Assembly (NCBI RefSeq): GCF_009914755.1 | Contig: NC_060926.1 | Strand: one strand, 5' to 3' | Length of the DNA stretch: 64,000 nucleotides | DNA from: the human T2T-CHM13v2.0 reference genome, Homo sapiens | The notes under the pieces: model-generated | Seen by the model: only the letters and a program-made list of their open reading frames with translations | Databases searched by the model: none | What the model was told of the DNA's origin: nothing | Shown here: positions 1-18,170 of the stretch, one piece after another | How the letters are laid out: each line of letters begins with the position of its first letter | Position numbering within the stretch: position 1 is the stretch's first letter | Position numbers and translations under genes: made by a program

Positions 1-691
1 AAATTACAGTTTTTGTTACTTCTTAAGATTTTAAAACTTGTCTACTTAAAACGTGTTGTTTTACATCTTTTTTTCATAATTTTTTTCGGGGGTACTTCAA
101 CAAAAATTTGAAGACTACTGCTTGTGATGGTACTTGTAGCCAGGAGAGACTGTTTTTCTACTCAGGTAATTATCAACTGTTTATTTTATTAACTTTCAAA
201 ATGTATTATAGTTAACTCCAGGGTGGAGGCCATCAAGGACCTTCAGGGACTATGAAGTACAGTTCAAAATGTGGCCTCCTCCCCCAACTGACATTGTAAA
301 GCCCCCTTGCACAAGTTTCCATTCCCTCCTCCATAGGTATATGAGAAATGGGAGAAGAGCCAGCTGTCTTTGCTTTTTTCTGCTATCTCTGCCCTCCTCT
401 ATTTCCCCATTTATGATTGCTATGTGTCAGTTCCGCCAGATGCCATCACATTCCGTTTTCCCAAGATTTGTGAAAACTTGTCTCTGATTGGCTTAAAAAC
501 TCTACTGGCTTAAAAAACTCTCTTGACTTCCAAGCTGTGCTTGAGTGTCTGACGGCATTTCTCTGGGCCTCTTTCTTTATCATTAACACCAGTTACCTCA
601 CCACAGGGAAGCTTGCTGGGCGTACAATGTAGGGTCAGAGGTATGGGCAGCTTTACCTGGTATAATCAATTTGTAATGTAAAACATCTTGA

Positions 692-1097
<406 letters not shown>

Positions 1098-1221
1098 TTA
1101 GCAAAATTAAAACTTTTGTGTTTCAAAAAATGACTTAGTATGAAAATGCATTTTAATTGATAGATATGACTATGTAAAAACTTCAAAACACTCTATGTTC
1201 AAGAAAACCATTAAGAAAATA

Positions 1222-1511
<290 letters not shown>

Positions 1512-1569
1512 TCATGTGTATCAAAATAAAAGGTTAATTTATTGTTTCTTTATGCCAATATACTTTTCT

Positions 1570-3012
1570 TCTTTTATTGTATATATTTCAGGTTTATAAC
1601 ATGATATTTTGATATACATATACATGGTGAAATGATTACCACAGTCAAGTAAATTAACATATCCATCATCTCTTATCTTTTTTATATAGTAAGAGTACCG
1701 AAAATCTACTCGCTTGGTAAATTACCAGTAAATGAGACAATATTATTAATGATAGTCATCATATTGTACATCAGATCTCCGTGCATTTATCCTAGAGAAC
1801 TGCAACTTTGTACCCTCTGAATTACTTTTTCCCATTTCCCCAGCTCTCTTGGCACCCCCTCCACCATTCTACTCTCTATTTCTTCCATTTGAGGCATTTT
1901 TTTTTCTATTTTGTTTTGTTTTGTTTTTAAAGTCCACATATAAGTGAAATCATACAGTACTTTTCTTTCTGTATCTGTCTTATTTCACTTAGCCTAATAC
2001 CTTCTAGATTCACTCATGTTGTGGCCAATGGAAGGATCTCCTTTTTAAGGCTGAATAATATTCATGAGTGTGTCACTATAACGTCTTCATTCATGAACAC
2101 ACTTTGATTGTTTTCATATTTTGTCTATTGTGAATAATGTTGCAGTGAATGTGGGAGTGCAGATATCTTTATGAGGTGGTAATTTTATTTCCTTTGGGTG
2201 TATACCCAGAAAAGAGATTGCTGGATCATATTATAGTTCTAGTTTTAATTTATTTAGGAACTTCTATACTGTTTTCCACAGTGGCTACACCAATTTACAT
2301 TCCTATCAACAGTGCACAGGGGTTCCCTTTTCTCCATACCCTCATCAACACTGATCAGTTGTTTTTTGAGAAAAGCCATTCTAACAGATCTGAGGTGATA
2401 TTTTATTCTGGTTTTTGTTTTTCATTTCCTTGATGATTAGTGATGTTGCATACCTTTCCATGTACCTTTTGGCCATTTTTACGTCTTCTTTAGAGAAATG
2501 TTTATTAAGTGTGTTTGCCTATTTTTTTAATCAGGCTATTTGGTTTTGTTTTTTGTTTGTTAGTTTGTTTTTTTGCTATTGAGTTGTGTGAGTTCCTTAT
2601 ATATTTTAGATATTAATCCTTTATCAGTATATGGTTTGTAAATATTTTTTCCCAATCTGTAGGCTGCTTTTTCATTTTATTGATTGTTTCCTTTGCTATG
2701 CAGAAGCCTATTAGTGTGATGCTTATGTTTATTTTTGCTTTTGTTGCCTGTACTTTTGGTGTCTTATTTCAAAAATTCATTGCCAAGATCAATGTCAAGA
2801 AGACTTTCTTACGTTTTATTCTAAAAATGTTAAGGTTCCAGGTCTTATAGAGTTTTAATCCATTTTGATTTGATTTTTGCATATGATGTAAGGTAAGTGT
2901 CCAATTTTATTCTTTTGCATGGTGTTATCCAGTTTTCCCACCACCATTTATTGAAGAGCCTATTCTTGCTCCATGGTGTCTTCTTGGTACCCTTGCCCAA
3001 AATTAGTGGACT
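1570..3012 (-). mobile_element. L1MA-type LINE-1 3' fragment (3'UTR plus ORF2 end)
   Basis: Reverse-complement L1MA 3' end TTTTATTGTATATATTT...GGTGAAATGATTACCACAGTCAAG, followed by ORF2 C-terminal motifs (GCTGAATAATATTC, TTGCTGGATCATA). Confidence 0.85.
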
Positions 3013-3014
3013 GA

Positions 3015-4509
3015 AAGGGTTAATTTCTTATCACTGGATTTTTGAATTATTTTACATATTCTGAATAGAAGTCTTTTATCAGATATAAAATTTGTAAATA
3101 TTGTCTCCCTGTCTTTAGTTTGTCCTTTTATTATCTTAAGTAGTATTCTTTTGAAGCATGTGCATTCTTAATTTGATAAAACCCAATTTATCAATTTATC
3201 CTTTTAAGAGTCATGCTGTTAACATCATACCTAAAAAATTTTTGCTCAACCAAAGTCTACAAATATTTTCTCCTATATTTTCTTCACTAAGTTCTATAAT
3301 TTTTTTCATTTTGCACTTAGGTTTATGATCTATTTGGGTTATATTTTGTATATGATACAATATATATTGAAGTTTTAAAAAATTTGAATATAAATATGTA
3401 ATTGTTTCAGTATCATTGATTAAAATAATTCTCCTTTTTTCATGAGTTGTCTTGCCTTTCTATCTTTGTCAAAAATGAGTTGTCCATATATGTGTGAAAA
3501 TATTTTTGGACTTTCTAGTTTGTTCCATTGATCTATTTGTCTGTTATTTTACAGCAATATCCAGTCTTAATTTATCTAGCAATATATTTTAAAATCAGGT
3601 AGTGTTCGTCTTCCAAGTTTATTCTTCCCTTTTCATGTTTTGGCTATTCTAGAGCCTTTGAATTTCCACACGAATTTTAGAATCAGCTTGTCAATTTCTA
3701 CAAAATGTGTGCTGGGATTTTAACTGGGATTGAGTCTATAAGTCATTTTAAGAAAAATTGATTGAAAAATATTGAGTATTCTGTTCCTTGAAATAGATAA
3801 ATCTCTCATTTCTTTAATTTCTCTCAGCATCATTTATAGTTTTCAGTATACAGGTCTTGTGCTTCTTTCGTCGACTTTATTCCTTAGTATTTTGTAAGCT
3901 TTATGCTCTTTTAGATTATATTGTACGTTAAATTTTGATTTTCTATTCCCTGTTGCTAGTATATAAAATCATAATTGATTTATAAATGTTATTTATTCTA
4001 AATCTTATATAAATTCCCTTATTAGTTCTAGTAACATATTTTCAATTCCATCTGATATTCTACATTGGCAATTATGTCAAATGTGAATAAAAATAATTTT
4101 AGTTATTTCTTTCTAATATGGACGCCTTTTATTTTTTCTTCTTAGATTATAGCTTTGGCTAGAATCTCCAGTATGGTTTTGACTAGAAGTAGTGAGGCCA
4201 TAAATCTGTGTCTTGATCCTGATCTTAGGGGAATTTTTACCATTAGGTATAATGGTAGCTGTAGGTTTTTCATAGATACCCTTTATTAGGTTGAGCAAGT
4301 TCTCTTATTTTCCTAGTATGCTGAGAGCTTGTATTACAAAAGGTTGTTAAATTTTATGAAATGCAGTTTTGATATCTATGCATATTTTTCTTTTTTAGTT
4401 TGTTCATATGGTGAATTTCATTGATTGATTACAAATGTTAAATTAACCTTGCATTCCTGGATGAATTTCACTTTATCACAATGTATTACTCATTATTTAA
4501 TGTCAGATT
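3015..4509 (-). mobile_element. Old L1 (L1MD-like) ORF2 fragment, antisense (inverted part)
   Basis: ORF 4113..4298(-) reads LNLIKGIYEKPTATII (L1 ORF2 RT region); TTTTAGAATCAGCTTGTCAATTTCTAC is a typical L1M antisense motif. Confidence 0.8.
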
Positions 4510-6700
<2,191 letters not shown>

Positions 6701-8289
6701 AGAATATGTTTGCAGTCTGGTTCCCAAACTGGTTAATATTCATAGGTAAGCACACAGATACACAGACACACACACATGCACGCACACAAGAATTATTTTA
6801 TGATTAGAAGTAAATCAAGTCCAAGGTCCAAAAATGTTATCTTTAGCCATTGATAACAAATGACAAAATTTTTAAATATTCCTCTTTACATGTTTTTCTA
6901 TTCCTGTTTTTTAAATCATAAAATATGTGATTTTATAAAGATATAAAATACTTTATGAAGAAAGGGAGACTGTACAAGAAATGACTTAGAACATTTCTTT
7001 TTCCCAGAGGACCAAAATAATCTCAGTAAAAAAATTAACATGCATAATTACACACAATGTCACTTCTCTCACCATCTCAGTCTTACACCACCCTCTTGTT
7101 TTATTGTTTTCTTATGCATCATTTCAAAGAACATGAAACTCGGTTTTGAAGTTTTCTTTAAGGGAGTTGGAGGCAAGCGTTTTGCCTCTAGGAAAGTTAG
7201 TTTAAACCAGCAGTAAAGAAAATAAAGGAGAGAATATTAGCAGAAAAATAGAAGTAATGGAAAAATTTGAAAGTCAGAGCCAAAAATTTCACTTTTCTCA
7301 GGAAGCGAAGAGAGGGACCTGAAGAAAGGAAGAAACCAATGATAGCAGCAGTTGCAGAAGACATTTTGATCAGACAAGAAAATGGTAGTCACTCATATCA
7401 TAAAGTCTTCTCCCAACTCGAGAAATGGCCAGCTCCAAGTTCTGCTTTGGTCCACTACGATTAGTAATACTGGCTCTGTAATTTGCAAACTTTAATTTCC
7501 CTGAGGAATAATTCTAGGTGCTTTGACAGATCTGAATTATGTCACCCGTTAAGGTTTGGTGACCTTAACCATACATCTTACTTTATGGGCAAGTTAATCA
7601 GAATATTCTGTAATTATAATTCCATACTCTCTAATTTATAGTCTTTCTTTTTTTCTTACAAAGCAGTGCAACATTCTTCTTCCTCCCCTACCCCTCTTAT
7701 AAGACCCTGATTTTTGTAGGAGGAATTATTTATTATAGCTTTGATGTAAATGTTTAAACCTCATTTTTGTGGAGGCCTCTCTAGCACCTTTTCTAACCTC
7801 GACGAATGGCCTGAAGAGCATTTTTCTTTCAGACAAATTGTATCCTACATATTTTCTGGTGTTGAACAACCTGCCACATCCTTACTTGTCAAGGCTAAGC
7901 CTTGAATTTACAAGAATTGACACAAACAACTTCAAATCTTTCGATCTTTGATTGTTTAGTCAGACCATTTTAGCTCCTTCCTGCTATGACTTCTCAAGTG
8001 CTCCTGTCACAGGTTTCAGCTCTGATGTTAAACACCTGGCATTTCTGCAGAGTTCAAGGTTTCAAATGTTCAGATAGATGGTTATGTCACGATCACACAT
8101 CTACACCACTTACTTTCAGTTTCTAAAGACAGAAGAACACACAGTATTTCCTATAAAAATAACAAAATTATATGACTACTAATTTTAGTTGTATGTATTT
8201 CAAAGCAATGCTGTAATATTGCAGTTTAAGTGCCTTAGGAGAGAATCTGCTACATATATACAATACTCCTGAAAAACCTATATTTTGAG

Positions 8290-9300
8290 TATTTATTGGA
8301 CTTTGTACTGAGTGCCCAACGCACTGCACAGGAATGGTCCCACACTAAGGAATATCATCGTGAAATTTCTAACCACTGGGGACAATGTAAAGATTCTACA
8401 CATTCTCAGAAACAAAAGAAATGTTCACATATGAGGTATCAAGAATTAGAATGGCTTTGGGCTTCTCAACAATAACTAATAGAAGCTTTAAGTCAGTGGA
8501 ACAGCACTTTCAAAATTCTGCTTAAAAATCCACCCAGACTATCAGTCAAGCCTGAGTGTAGAACAAAGACATTTTCAGACCTTCCAGTTCTTTAATAAAA
8601 TGTCTTCTCTGCATGATTCCCTAGGAAGGTTTCTGAGAGTTTCTTCCACTAAGCCAATGAACACAAAGATGTGGGTTCCCAGCCGAAAGAGAGGCAAGAA
8701 GGTGCTAGTGATGGCAGAGGAGGGACTTCCCCAGGGCAGCTGTGCAGTAGGAGATGCCAGTTCAGACTGAAGCAGTTCAGGCGCTGTCAAGAGAAATGTA
8801 TTCAATAAGAAAATTCATTAACCATAGGATACATCTAAAAATACTGAGAGGGGATTTTAAAAATTAGAGGAGTTTCGGGTCTAATTACTACAGAGTATAC
8901 AGAAAACTAAGAAAGGCAGAACAATTATTAACTGCAGGGAAAATATATTTTTTTTAAAAAAAGGAAAGTTAATCAAAGTATACTGTATAGATCTAATTAC
9001 ACCAACACCGAATATTGCTATACCAAATTAGAAGGACAGGGCATAAGTGGCAGGGTGGGATGGTATAAAAAAGTTACATTCTTATTCTTTATAGTGAGAA
9101 ATCAATATATAAGGCTAAAGAGTAAAAATATCAGGAGAGCAATAAGCAAGCAACTTAGATATATAGAGGTAATAGGGGAAAAAAGAGCAAAAAGAGGTGA
9201 AAGTGGTTGCTTCTGAATACTTGAGCAGGATGGCTACTATCTTGCTATATAAGCCGCCTATAAATATTTAACTGTTTTAAATCACATTCATCAATACTTA
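8290..9300 (+). mobile_element. HAL1 / L1 ORF1-like degraded fragment
   Basis: ATCATCGTGAAATTTC...GAATTAGAATGGC..GCTTCTCAACA...CTTTCAAAATTCTG...TAGAACAAAGACATTTTCAGAC resembles HAL1 ORF1 region; boundaries approximate. Confidence 0.65.
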
Positions 9301-9663
9301 CATGTAGCTCTTAATAACAACTATACAAAAGAGACTTGGTTTTGAACATTAAAAATAAAAAAGCGAATGTCTAGTTTTTTTATTTTGTTATTTTCTTCTT
9401 ATTACTTCTATTTAGAAATAATTGTCTTGAACACCTTCATTGAACACCTTTTTTGTGCTTTGGGTACACAGAGATATTGGATAGAATCCTTGCTGTTGGG
9501 GGTTTAATCCATGCTGTTGTTATTTTTAAAAGTAGAAAATCATAAGTATCATGAGAAACAAACATAATGTCACTAAGTTTAGAGGAAAAGCCATCATATC
9601 CAGCTGAAGGAGGCTCAGTGCTGTCTTCTAGCATTGGGAGGCTGTAAAGAGATACACATCCAT

Positions 9664-10225
<562 letters not shown>

Positions 10226-11118
10226 CTAGCTATTGCATTATTCATAAAACATGCTATCTCTTAAAGTTCTCACCTTCTGAATCTTCCTATATCCCACAAG
10301 AGACTTTAACAGTCTCTCTAATTAAACTTTCATTTCCCAAAGGATTTTTTTTTTCATGTTATGGGTATTTTTATACAGAAAAACTGAGCTGTATTCTTCC
10401 CTTAACTCAACCTAAGCCTTCCCCGCCCCCCTCCAAAAAAAAAAAGTTAGCAAATGCAATGAAAGTAAATACTCTTATCTTCTGGATTCTTTTACATTTC
10501 TAGTGATTAATGAAGCAGTTATCATGTGTACTGGATAGGCAAGAACATCAGGTGCACAAAACCTTCCTCATATATGATAGGACAGGCTTTTATTGAGGCC
10601 CCTTTTGTTCTGCCCTTCTCAATTCTCACTTTTTTTATTGAGTTCTGGAATGACAAAATGACTCTCGTCCCAGGGAAGCCCTGTCCTGCATTCCTCAACT
10701 CTAGGAGCATGTCAAAAGCTAAATACCCTCTTTAGGGTAGCCTGGGTTAAAGTCCGTTACAGACAGGCAGCCCCTGGAAAACTGTAAGAGCAGCCAAGAA
10801 GAAAGCCATCAGGGACACTTTATCCGAGCCTCCCATGTCTCAGATTGGATTACAGCTCTTTGCTTTGATTTCTACCCACTTAGGTCTCTGCACTCCTTCC
10901 TTGGCTTCCCCCTGATTCTAACCTTTAGATTGTTAACTCCTATAGACATTCCTCAGGAGTGTGTTGTGAATCACTGACCCCTGGGATCTGCCCACAAAGC
11001 TTACTTCCAGATTATGGATTCAATGGGACCTCTGATATTGCAATCTATGTTAACACCCTAGCGCACCCCAGATTTTCTTTGTACCCAAACTTTGGGCTTG
11101 AGAGAAGTAAGAACAACA

Positions 11119-11425
11119 ACTGGGCGCGGCAGCTTACGCCTGTAATCTCAGCACTTTGGGAGGCCAAGATGGATGGATCACGAGGTCAGGAGTTCAAGAC
11201 CAGCCTGGCCAAGATGGTGAAACCCCGTCTCTACTAAAAATACAAAAATTAGCCAGGCATGGTGGCAGGCACCTGTAATCCCAGCTACTCGGGAGGCTGA
11301 GGCAGGGAATTGCTTGCTTGAAGCTGGAGGCAGAGATTGAGTGAGCTGAGGTCGCGCCATTGCAGTCCAGCCTGGGTGACAGAGAAAGACTCCGTCTCAC
11401 AAAAAAAAAAAAAGAAAGAAAAAGA
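11119..11425 (+). mobile_element. AluSg-like SINE
   Basis: GATCACGAGGTCAGGAGTTCAAGACCAGCCTGGCCAAGATGG; perfect 16-bp TSD AGAAGTAAGAACAACA at 11103-11118 and 11426-11441. Confidence 0.95.
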
Positions 11426-11621
11426 AGAAGTAAGAACAACAGACTGATTTAAGAGTGAAGTCTATTTAACCAGTGTACTCATTGAATAATGCCTCTCCTT
11501 CAGGGGCAGTGTCTTTTATTTTCAACACCTCCTCATTAGTTTCTATGGAGCACAGCTAAATATTTGGGGGCTGGCAAGCCCAAGGTTTCTACTTGCTGTT
11601 TGATCAGAATTTGGGGTAAGA

Positions 11622-12336
11622 ATCTCATAGCAGTCAGAATGGCTATTATTAAAAAGTCAAAATAACAGCAGATGCTTGTGAGGTTGTGGAGAAAAAGAAA
11701 GTTTATATACCGTTTGTAGGACTGTAATTTAGTTCAACCATTGTGGAATACAGGTGGTGATCCCTCAAATACCTAAAGACAGAAACACATTTGACCCACC
11801 AATCTCATTACTGGGTATATACCCAAAAGAATATAAATCACTGTATTATAAAAATACATGCACACATATGTTCATTGCAGCACTATTCACAATAGCAAAG
11901 ACATGGAATCAACCCAAATGCCCATCAATGATAGACTGGATAAGGAAAATGTGGCACAGATACACCATACAATACTATGCAGCCATAAAAAAGAATGAGA
12001 TCATGTCCTTTGCAGGGACATGGATGGAGCTGGAAGTCATTATCTTTAGCAAACTAATGCAGGAATAGAAAACCAAATACCACATGTTCTCACTTATAAG
12101 TGGGAGCTAAATGATGAGAACACATGGACACACAGAAGGGAGCAACACACACTGGGGCCTTTTGGAGGGTGGAGGGCGAGAAGAGAGAGGGGATCAGAAA
12201 AAAATAACTAATGGATACTAGGCTTAATACCTGAGTGATGAAATAATCTGTACGACAACCCCCATGACACACATTTACCTATGTATCAAACCTGCACATG
12301 TATCCTTGAACATAAAATAAAAGTTAAAAAATAAAA
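11622..12336 (+). mobile_element. L1PA (about PA13-type) 5'-truncated LINE-1
   Basis: ORF 11754..12068 encodes the L1 ORF2 C-terminus (MFIAALFTIAKTWNQPKCPS); 3'UTR and AATAAA present; perfect 16-bp TSD AGAATTTGGGGTAAGA at 11606-11621 and 12337-12352. Confidence 0.95.
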
Positions 12337-12479
12337 AGAATTTGGGGTAAGAGCACTACCATTTAACCCCTGATGTAATGCTGAAGCCTCTACACCAGCA
12401 TCAGGGTCTTCATAAAGATGAAGGTCAGGGAGCAGAGTTGATCCAGTTATGGGCTCAGATAGAGAAATCATGATGATGA

Positions 12480-12548
12480 CTGAAAATCTGAGTAACTGCT
12501 CCATCTAGTTAACAGCTGAAAATCTGAGTAACTGCTCCATCTAGTTAA
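12480..12548. repeat. Tandem direct repeat, two identical 33-bp copies (36-bp period)
   Basis: CTGAAAATCTGAGTAACTGCTCCATCTAGTTAA at 12480-12512 and 12516-12548, separated by CAG. Confidence 0.95.
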
Positions 12549-12737
12549 TATTTGGATCCCAAATAAAAACACGATAAATTATGAAACTAAGAAAAACATA
12601 AGCAGAGAATGTGGAAAGAAGGGATGGCAACCAACCACGTGTCAGTCACTGATTTAGGACTGTATTTACATTATCTCATTTAATTTGCACAAAACTCTAT
12701 AAGCAGAAAGGATATGTAAAAACACTTCTTGAACACT

Positions 12738-13170
12738 TTATTAGTCCACTTTGGTTCTAGTGGTAAGCAACACCAAAATCTCAGTTGTTTTTAACAACAA
12801 ACCATATGTGTCTTGCTCTGGAGTCTGAGGTTGGCCCTGACTCTGCAAGGCTCTGCTGGACTCAGCTAGGCTTGGAGAGACTCCACATGTCTTCTAATTT
12901 TGGGAGAACTAACTAGGGTGTGCTTTTTATGGTGGAGGGGAGAATCTCAAGAGGAATGAGCAGAATGCCATGCTACCTATAAAAGTCTCTTCTCAGAACT
13001 ATAACTTCCACTCATATTCTACTGTTTAAAGCAAGTTGCATGGCCAAGCCAGGCCAGAAGGCAATGGAATGAGGATGTTAGGGTCAGCATGGATAAGTCA
13101 CATGACAATGGGCTGGTAAGTTTTATCCTAACCAAGTGTTAGGGGATATTGTTGGAAGCTATAGTCCAAT
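12738..13170 (-). mobile_element. MLT1-type MaLR LTR relic
   Basis: CAAAATCTCAGT..TTAACAACA and CACTCATATTCTACTG...GCAAGTTGCATGGCCAAGCC are typical of old MLT1 in antisense; flanked by MIR-like pieces. Confidence 0.55.
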
Positions 13171-14116
13171 CTCTGTCAATCTCCCACCCACTCCCCTTCT
13201 TTCTAAAATTTCTCTTCACTACAATAGCATTTAGAAATAAGAGGTATACCTGGCTTTATCGGCAAATGAATGAAGACTTTGAAAGGTTAGCTAATTTGCC
13301 CAAGGACTGGCAAGTATCGAATGAGAGACTTAAACCTAACCTGTCTGAGTCTCAAATCCATATTCTTTTCCCAACACTTTTGTTAGAGAATCACCAAGTC
13401 TGAGATTTAAAAAAATCTAAGACAACCAGAGATAAATTATGCACAAAGTAGAATTGTGGGAATCATTTCCCTGCAGAGTAAAAATATGAAATTAATTAAG
13501 TTTAATGAGTCTGAACATTAGAAACAATTTTCTTAGACATCTTCTTTTATAATACCACCCTTTGGAAGGATATGGTAGGATGAGGTAATGATTAGAGTGA
13601 GTCTTAAACAAAATTGTAAAGAAAGTTTTCTTTTTATGACCTTTCGTCCTTCTTTTATTTATTTTGTAATTCATCAGAGGCCCTGCTATCTGCCCCAGAA
13701 GCTGGCTACACATAGCTCCTTGTTGCAGTTCCTTCCTTGTGCTTGCCCTCCTGACCAATGCCCAAGTCACAGAATGTTCCTCTCTCCTGTAAAGCATAAA
13801 ATCTCCACATTATCAGTGTTCCCATCAGAAGGTATACATTTTGAAAGAGGATTCCTGAAAATAACGTCTAGCCTCAGATAATGTTTCTTATGACCATTTG
13901 ACCCTGGGGTCTAATGTCTAAAATAAGTAAATTTGAGTATGCAGAACTTTCTGACACCTCTACTACCAAGTGTGTGTACTTCAATTAATCTGTAAGCATA
14001 AAAAAGGATTTAATTCTTGTGAAGGGGGCAAAAGCCCTTCTTTCTCATTCATGGTCAAATGTCAAGTGGATTTTATACTTTCTTGGAAATAGATGTGTGG
14101 CTGCCAGCTGGAATGA

Positions 14117-14455
<339 letters not shown>

Positions 14456-16388
14456 GATATGCTTCTTATTTGAAAAAAAAAATAAAAAGTTTTTGGTAAG
14501 TTGACTTGGGAAAACCCATTCTATGCATATTGATGGGGAGGAATAGTCACAGAGAGCACTGCTTTCATGAGCTCTACCAAAGTATCTTCCCTAGCCGTCT
14601 ACTCCACTGAAACAGAAGGTCTTCCCTCTAAGGGAAGTAGGAGAATGGGGGAAAAGAGAATGTGACGACAGTTCTTGCCTCCATGTTTCTCTGGTTAATC
14701 TGAATGCAGGTTTTCTAGCCAGTAAATTGTAAAATCAAGCTCATTATAATTTTGAAAAGAGAGATTAATCCACAATGTTCTTATTTTATGCCTGGAACAT
14801 AGTTGGTATTCAATATCCATGTGCTCAATGAATGAATGCATGAGTGAATACATTGGTGAGTATTAATCAGGGCTTAAAGTCCACTGCATATATAAGAGGA
14901 CTTTCGTTTGTGTTTATTTGACACTTGCACATTCAGAAATATTTTTAAAGTAACTTATAAGCTTTGTGATTTAAAATGGTACCTGAGCCATCATAAATGC
15001 TATTGCCATCTGGAATATATTTGTGACAATTTTCTTTAAAAGTCAGTAGTGTGAGCCATGATGCTTTGCTTTTACATGCTTGTGTATGCGTTGCCAAAGT
15101 ATTTTTATAATATTATAGAATTCTGAATAAATTATCAAGAGAGGAGCCACTATCTTTGTGAAGTGTGGAAATGAAATTTGCTCATTTAAAAAGACACATC
15201 TAGAGTGTAAGAAATGTTTTATTGATACAGAATATACTCATGCATACTCACACTGCAGACATTTTAGATGGCAGCAAGTGCTTCTTTCAAGTGTTGCCTT
15301 TCGACACCTTGGTTGACTGATCTTATGGTATGGCTTGGTGGGAAGGGAATACAGGTCAATAAGCGGAGAGTGGTGTGGTAGAGAGAGGACAAAGAGTGAA
15401 TAAGTGGATCATTGCTAATGTCAGAATTCCTGAAATGCCTGAGATGCCTGGAGCATTCCTGCTGGAGATTGAAATAACATAACAGAGTGACCCCAGGTCT
15501 GGAGATTCTTGCCTCATTTATTTTGCATTGGAAGTCACAGTAAAAATGGTTCTTAGTTTCGCTTGAGCACTGACCTACATTTAAATAGAAAGAAACCAAT
15601 AACAGTTATACTTAAATCCCCAATGCCAATATGTCTGAAAAAATATGTTGTGAAGGAAAAGGAAGAAAAAAACAACTTTCATGGGCATAACTTATCTTTG
15701 ACTGTCACAAAATCAATAGGCTTTACAGAGCAGAGGAAATTCAATAGCTCGGCATTCATAATAAAGATTGGTTTGGGTGATTTGTCTCTCTCTAATAAGG
15801 CAGGCCTTGGACCCCAGCTTCCCTTCCTTTAAAACTCAAAGGGGGTGAAGATTTCTTCATCACAGCCAAGTCTTCTTGCTTGTCTATTGTCAGGACTTTA
15901 CAATGGTACTGCTTGTCTAGTCAAGCCTTGCTTCACCCAGGAGAACAGACTGCACATTGGGGTGTGGAGTAACAGATGCCCAGCTTTATACCAGCATTCA
16001 GCCTTCCTCAGCCTGCCTGACAGCCTTTTCATGCATCACGGATTCATCCATTTCAATGAGAAATCCAGAGCAATGCTGCAAGTATTTGTGTGGTTTTTTT
16101 GAGAGACTACTTTATAGAATGTGTCCAGATATTCACTCTGGAAACTGTGCCCATTGCAGAAAAATGTGAAAAAGATGTGAGTGCACTGGCCTGACCCAAC
16201 TCTCATCTGAGGAAGCTTATGCCCAGACACCCATTGATATGTTCAGATCAAGTGGAGAGATAGAGGACCAGAAAGGATGAAGAGGCTGATTATCACAGGT
16301 GGTGTGCCACACCCAAGGCTTGCCAGCCCTGAGGCTGTACCACACCCAACACAGGTCCTTGAACATGGCAGGAAATAAACAGATGTCA

Positions 16389-16712
<324 letters not shown>

Positions 16713-17268
16713 CTAGCATATATCAAATTCCTAACATGTGCCACTCTCTTTACATATTAGTCCTAATCTTCATAGCTTGCCGGAAAACAGATGTGTTACT
16801 GCTGTAATTCTCTGCTGTGCCAAAAACAAAAACAAACAAACAAACAAAAAACCCCAAGTTCAGAGGTTAAAAAATGGGCTCAAAGTCATATAGATAGTCT
16901 GGGTTAGAGGCAGGACTCCAATCAACACCTCCCTGACTCTGAGGCCATGTCCTTTCAACTACTCCAGAAGCCTTCTCTTAGCAACATTATCAGACCAAGG
17001 AGGAGCAAGCTGGGCCTAAGTTAAATGACATTGCTCAAAAGTTGTAAGCGTTAGGGTCCTCCTTCTCAGACTTAAGCCTCTATAACCCTACTGGACTTGA
17101 AAAACCTAGGTTTTAGTTTTGCTTCTGCCACTAACTCATGGTATGATCTTATGCCAGTTGACTTTTTTGAGCCCAGGGTTCCTTTCTATAAAGTGGCAGT
17201 TAAGAATCCTCATCCTACCTCCTTTCTCTGTGTGGACACATGAGAAGAAGAATGTACAAGCGCAGAAA

Positions 17269-17438
17269 TTCTCACTTAACTTCTCCAATATGTTCTTAGA
17301 AACTGCGACTTTAAGCAAAATGTACTGCAGGCCCTAGAATCATATCATTTCTTTCAACATTGTTTCATTATAATGTTGATGAGAAAAAAAAACAACAACA
17401 TTGGTTTAGTTCTATGTTGTTTCACTTAAAGTTGCAGT
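17269..17438. mobile_element. MER82-like (TcMar-Tigger) short DNA transposon
   Basis: TCTCACTTAAC...TTCTTAGAAACTGCGACTTTAAGC...CACTTAAAGTTGCAG with internal inverted repeat. Confidence 0.7.
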
Positions 17439-18170
17439 AGATGAATCCTGGGTAGTCTAGAAATGTAGGCTAGCAGCAGTAGCTGGGGCAGAGCGCCGTG
17501 TAGGAACAGAGGGAAGAGCTAACCAACAGAACGATGGAGGGATAGAGCACTACCAGTAGGGTGGCAGCTGCCTCTCCTTCCAAGCTTCTCCGATGGGCCC
17601 TCTTGAAAAAGCAGAAAATAAACAACAGTGAGTCAATAAGTAACCACTGCATGCTTGTCAGTATTCACCTTTTGTCAATCTGTGAGCCCCCTGCAGTATG
17701 GATTGAAGGATTGGAGGCTAGGGCCACCACTGAGAAATAAGTTAATGGAATCTGCCGAGCATGGCAGCAGAGGTGACATTTAAGAAGTAAGAGCTGTAGA
17801 GCCACTGGCCCCTCATCTACCCTCCCTAGGCAGGAACCCCTCTCCTGACTAATTCCACCTGCATTCCAAGAGTGACTCTGACCCAGTGCTGCCACGGGAC
17901 AAGAAGGTTGGCTGTCTTCCCCAGGATAGGCAGCTGGCGGATGAGCTGAGAGAGGTTTAAGAAAGAAGATGAAACCAGCACGCGGAACCATGGAAACAGC
18001 TGTTAGTTACTTGAAACATGATGAGTGAAAGAGCATGGAACACATGCCAGCATCAACCTGTTCCCCCACATGTTTTAAAACCTCAGGGCCTAAAGACGGC
18101 CATAGTTAGGGGAGAAAAAATGAAGATACGCCTGTGATAAGACCATCAATGGTGCTACATATGTTGTGTG

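Noticed and set aside
11754-12068. 104-aa ORF with a recognisable protein sequence
   Set aside because: C-terminus of L1 ORF2 in a 5'-truncated, promoterless copy
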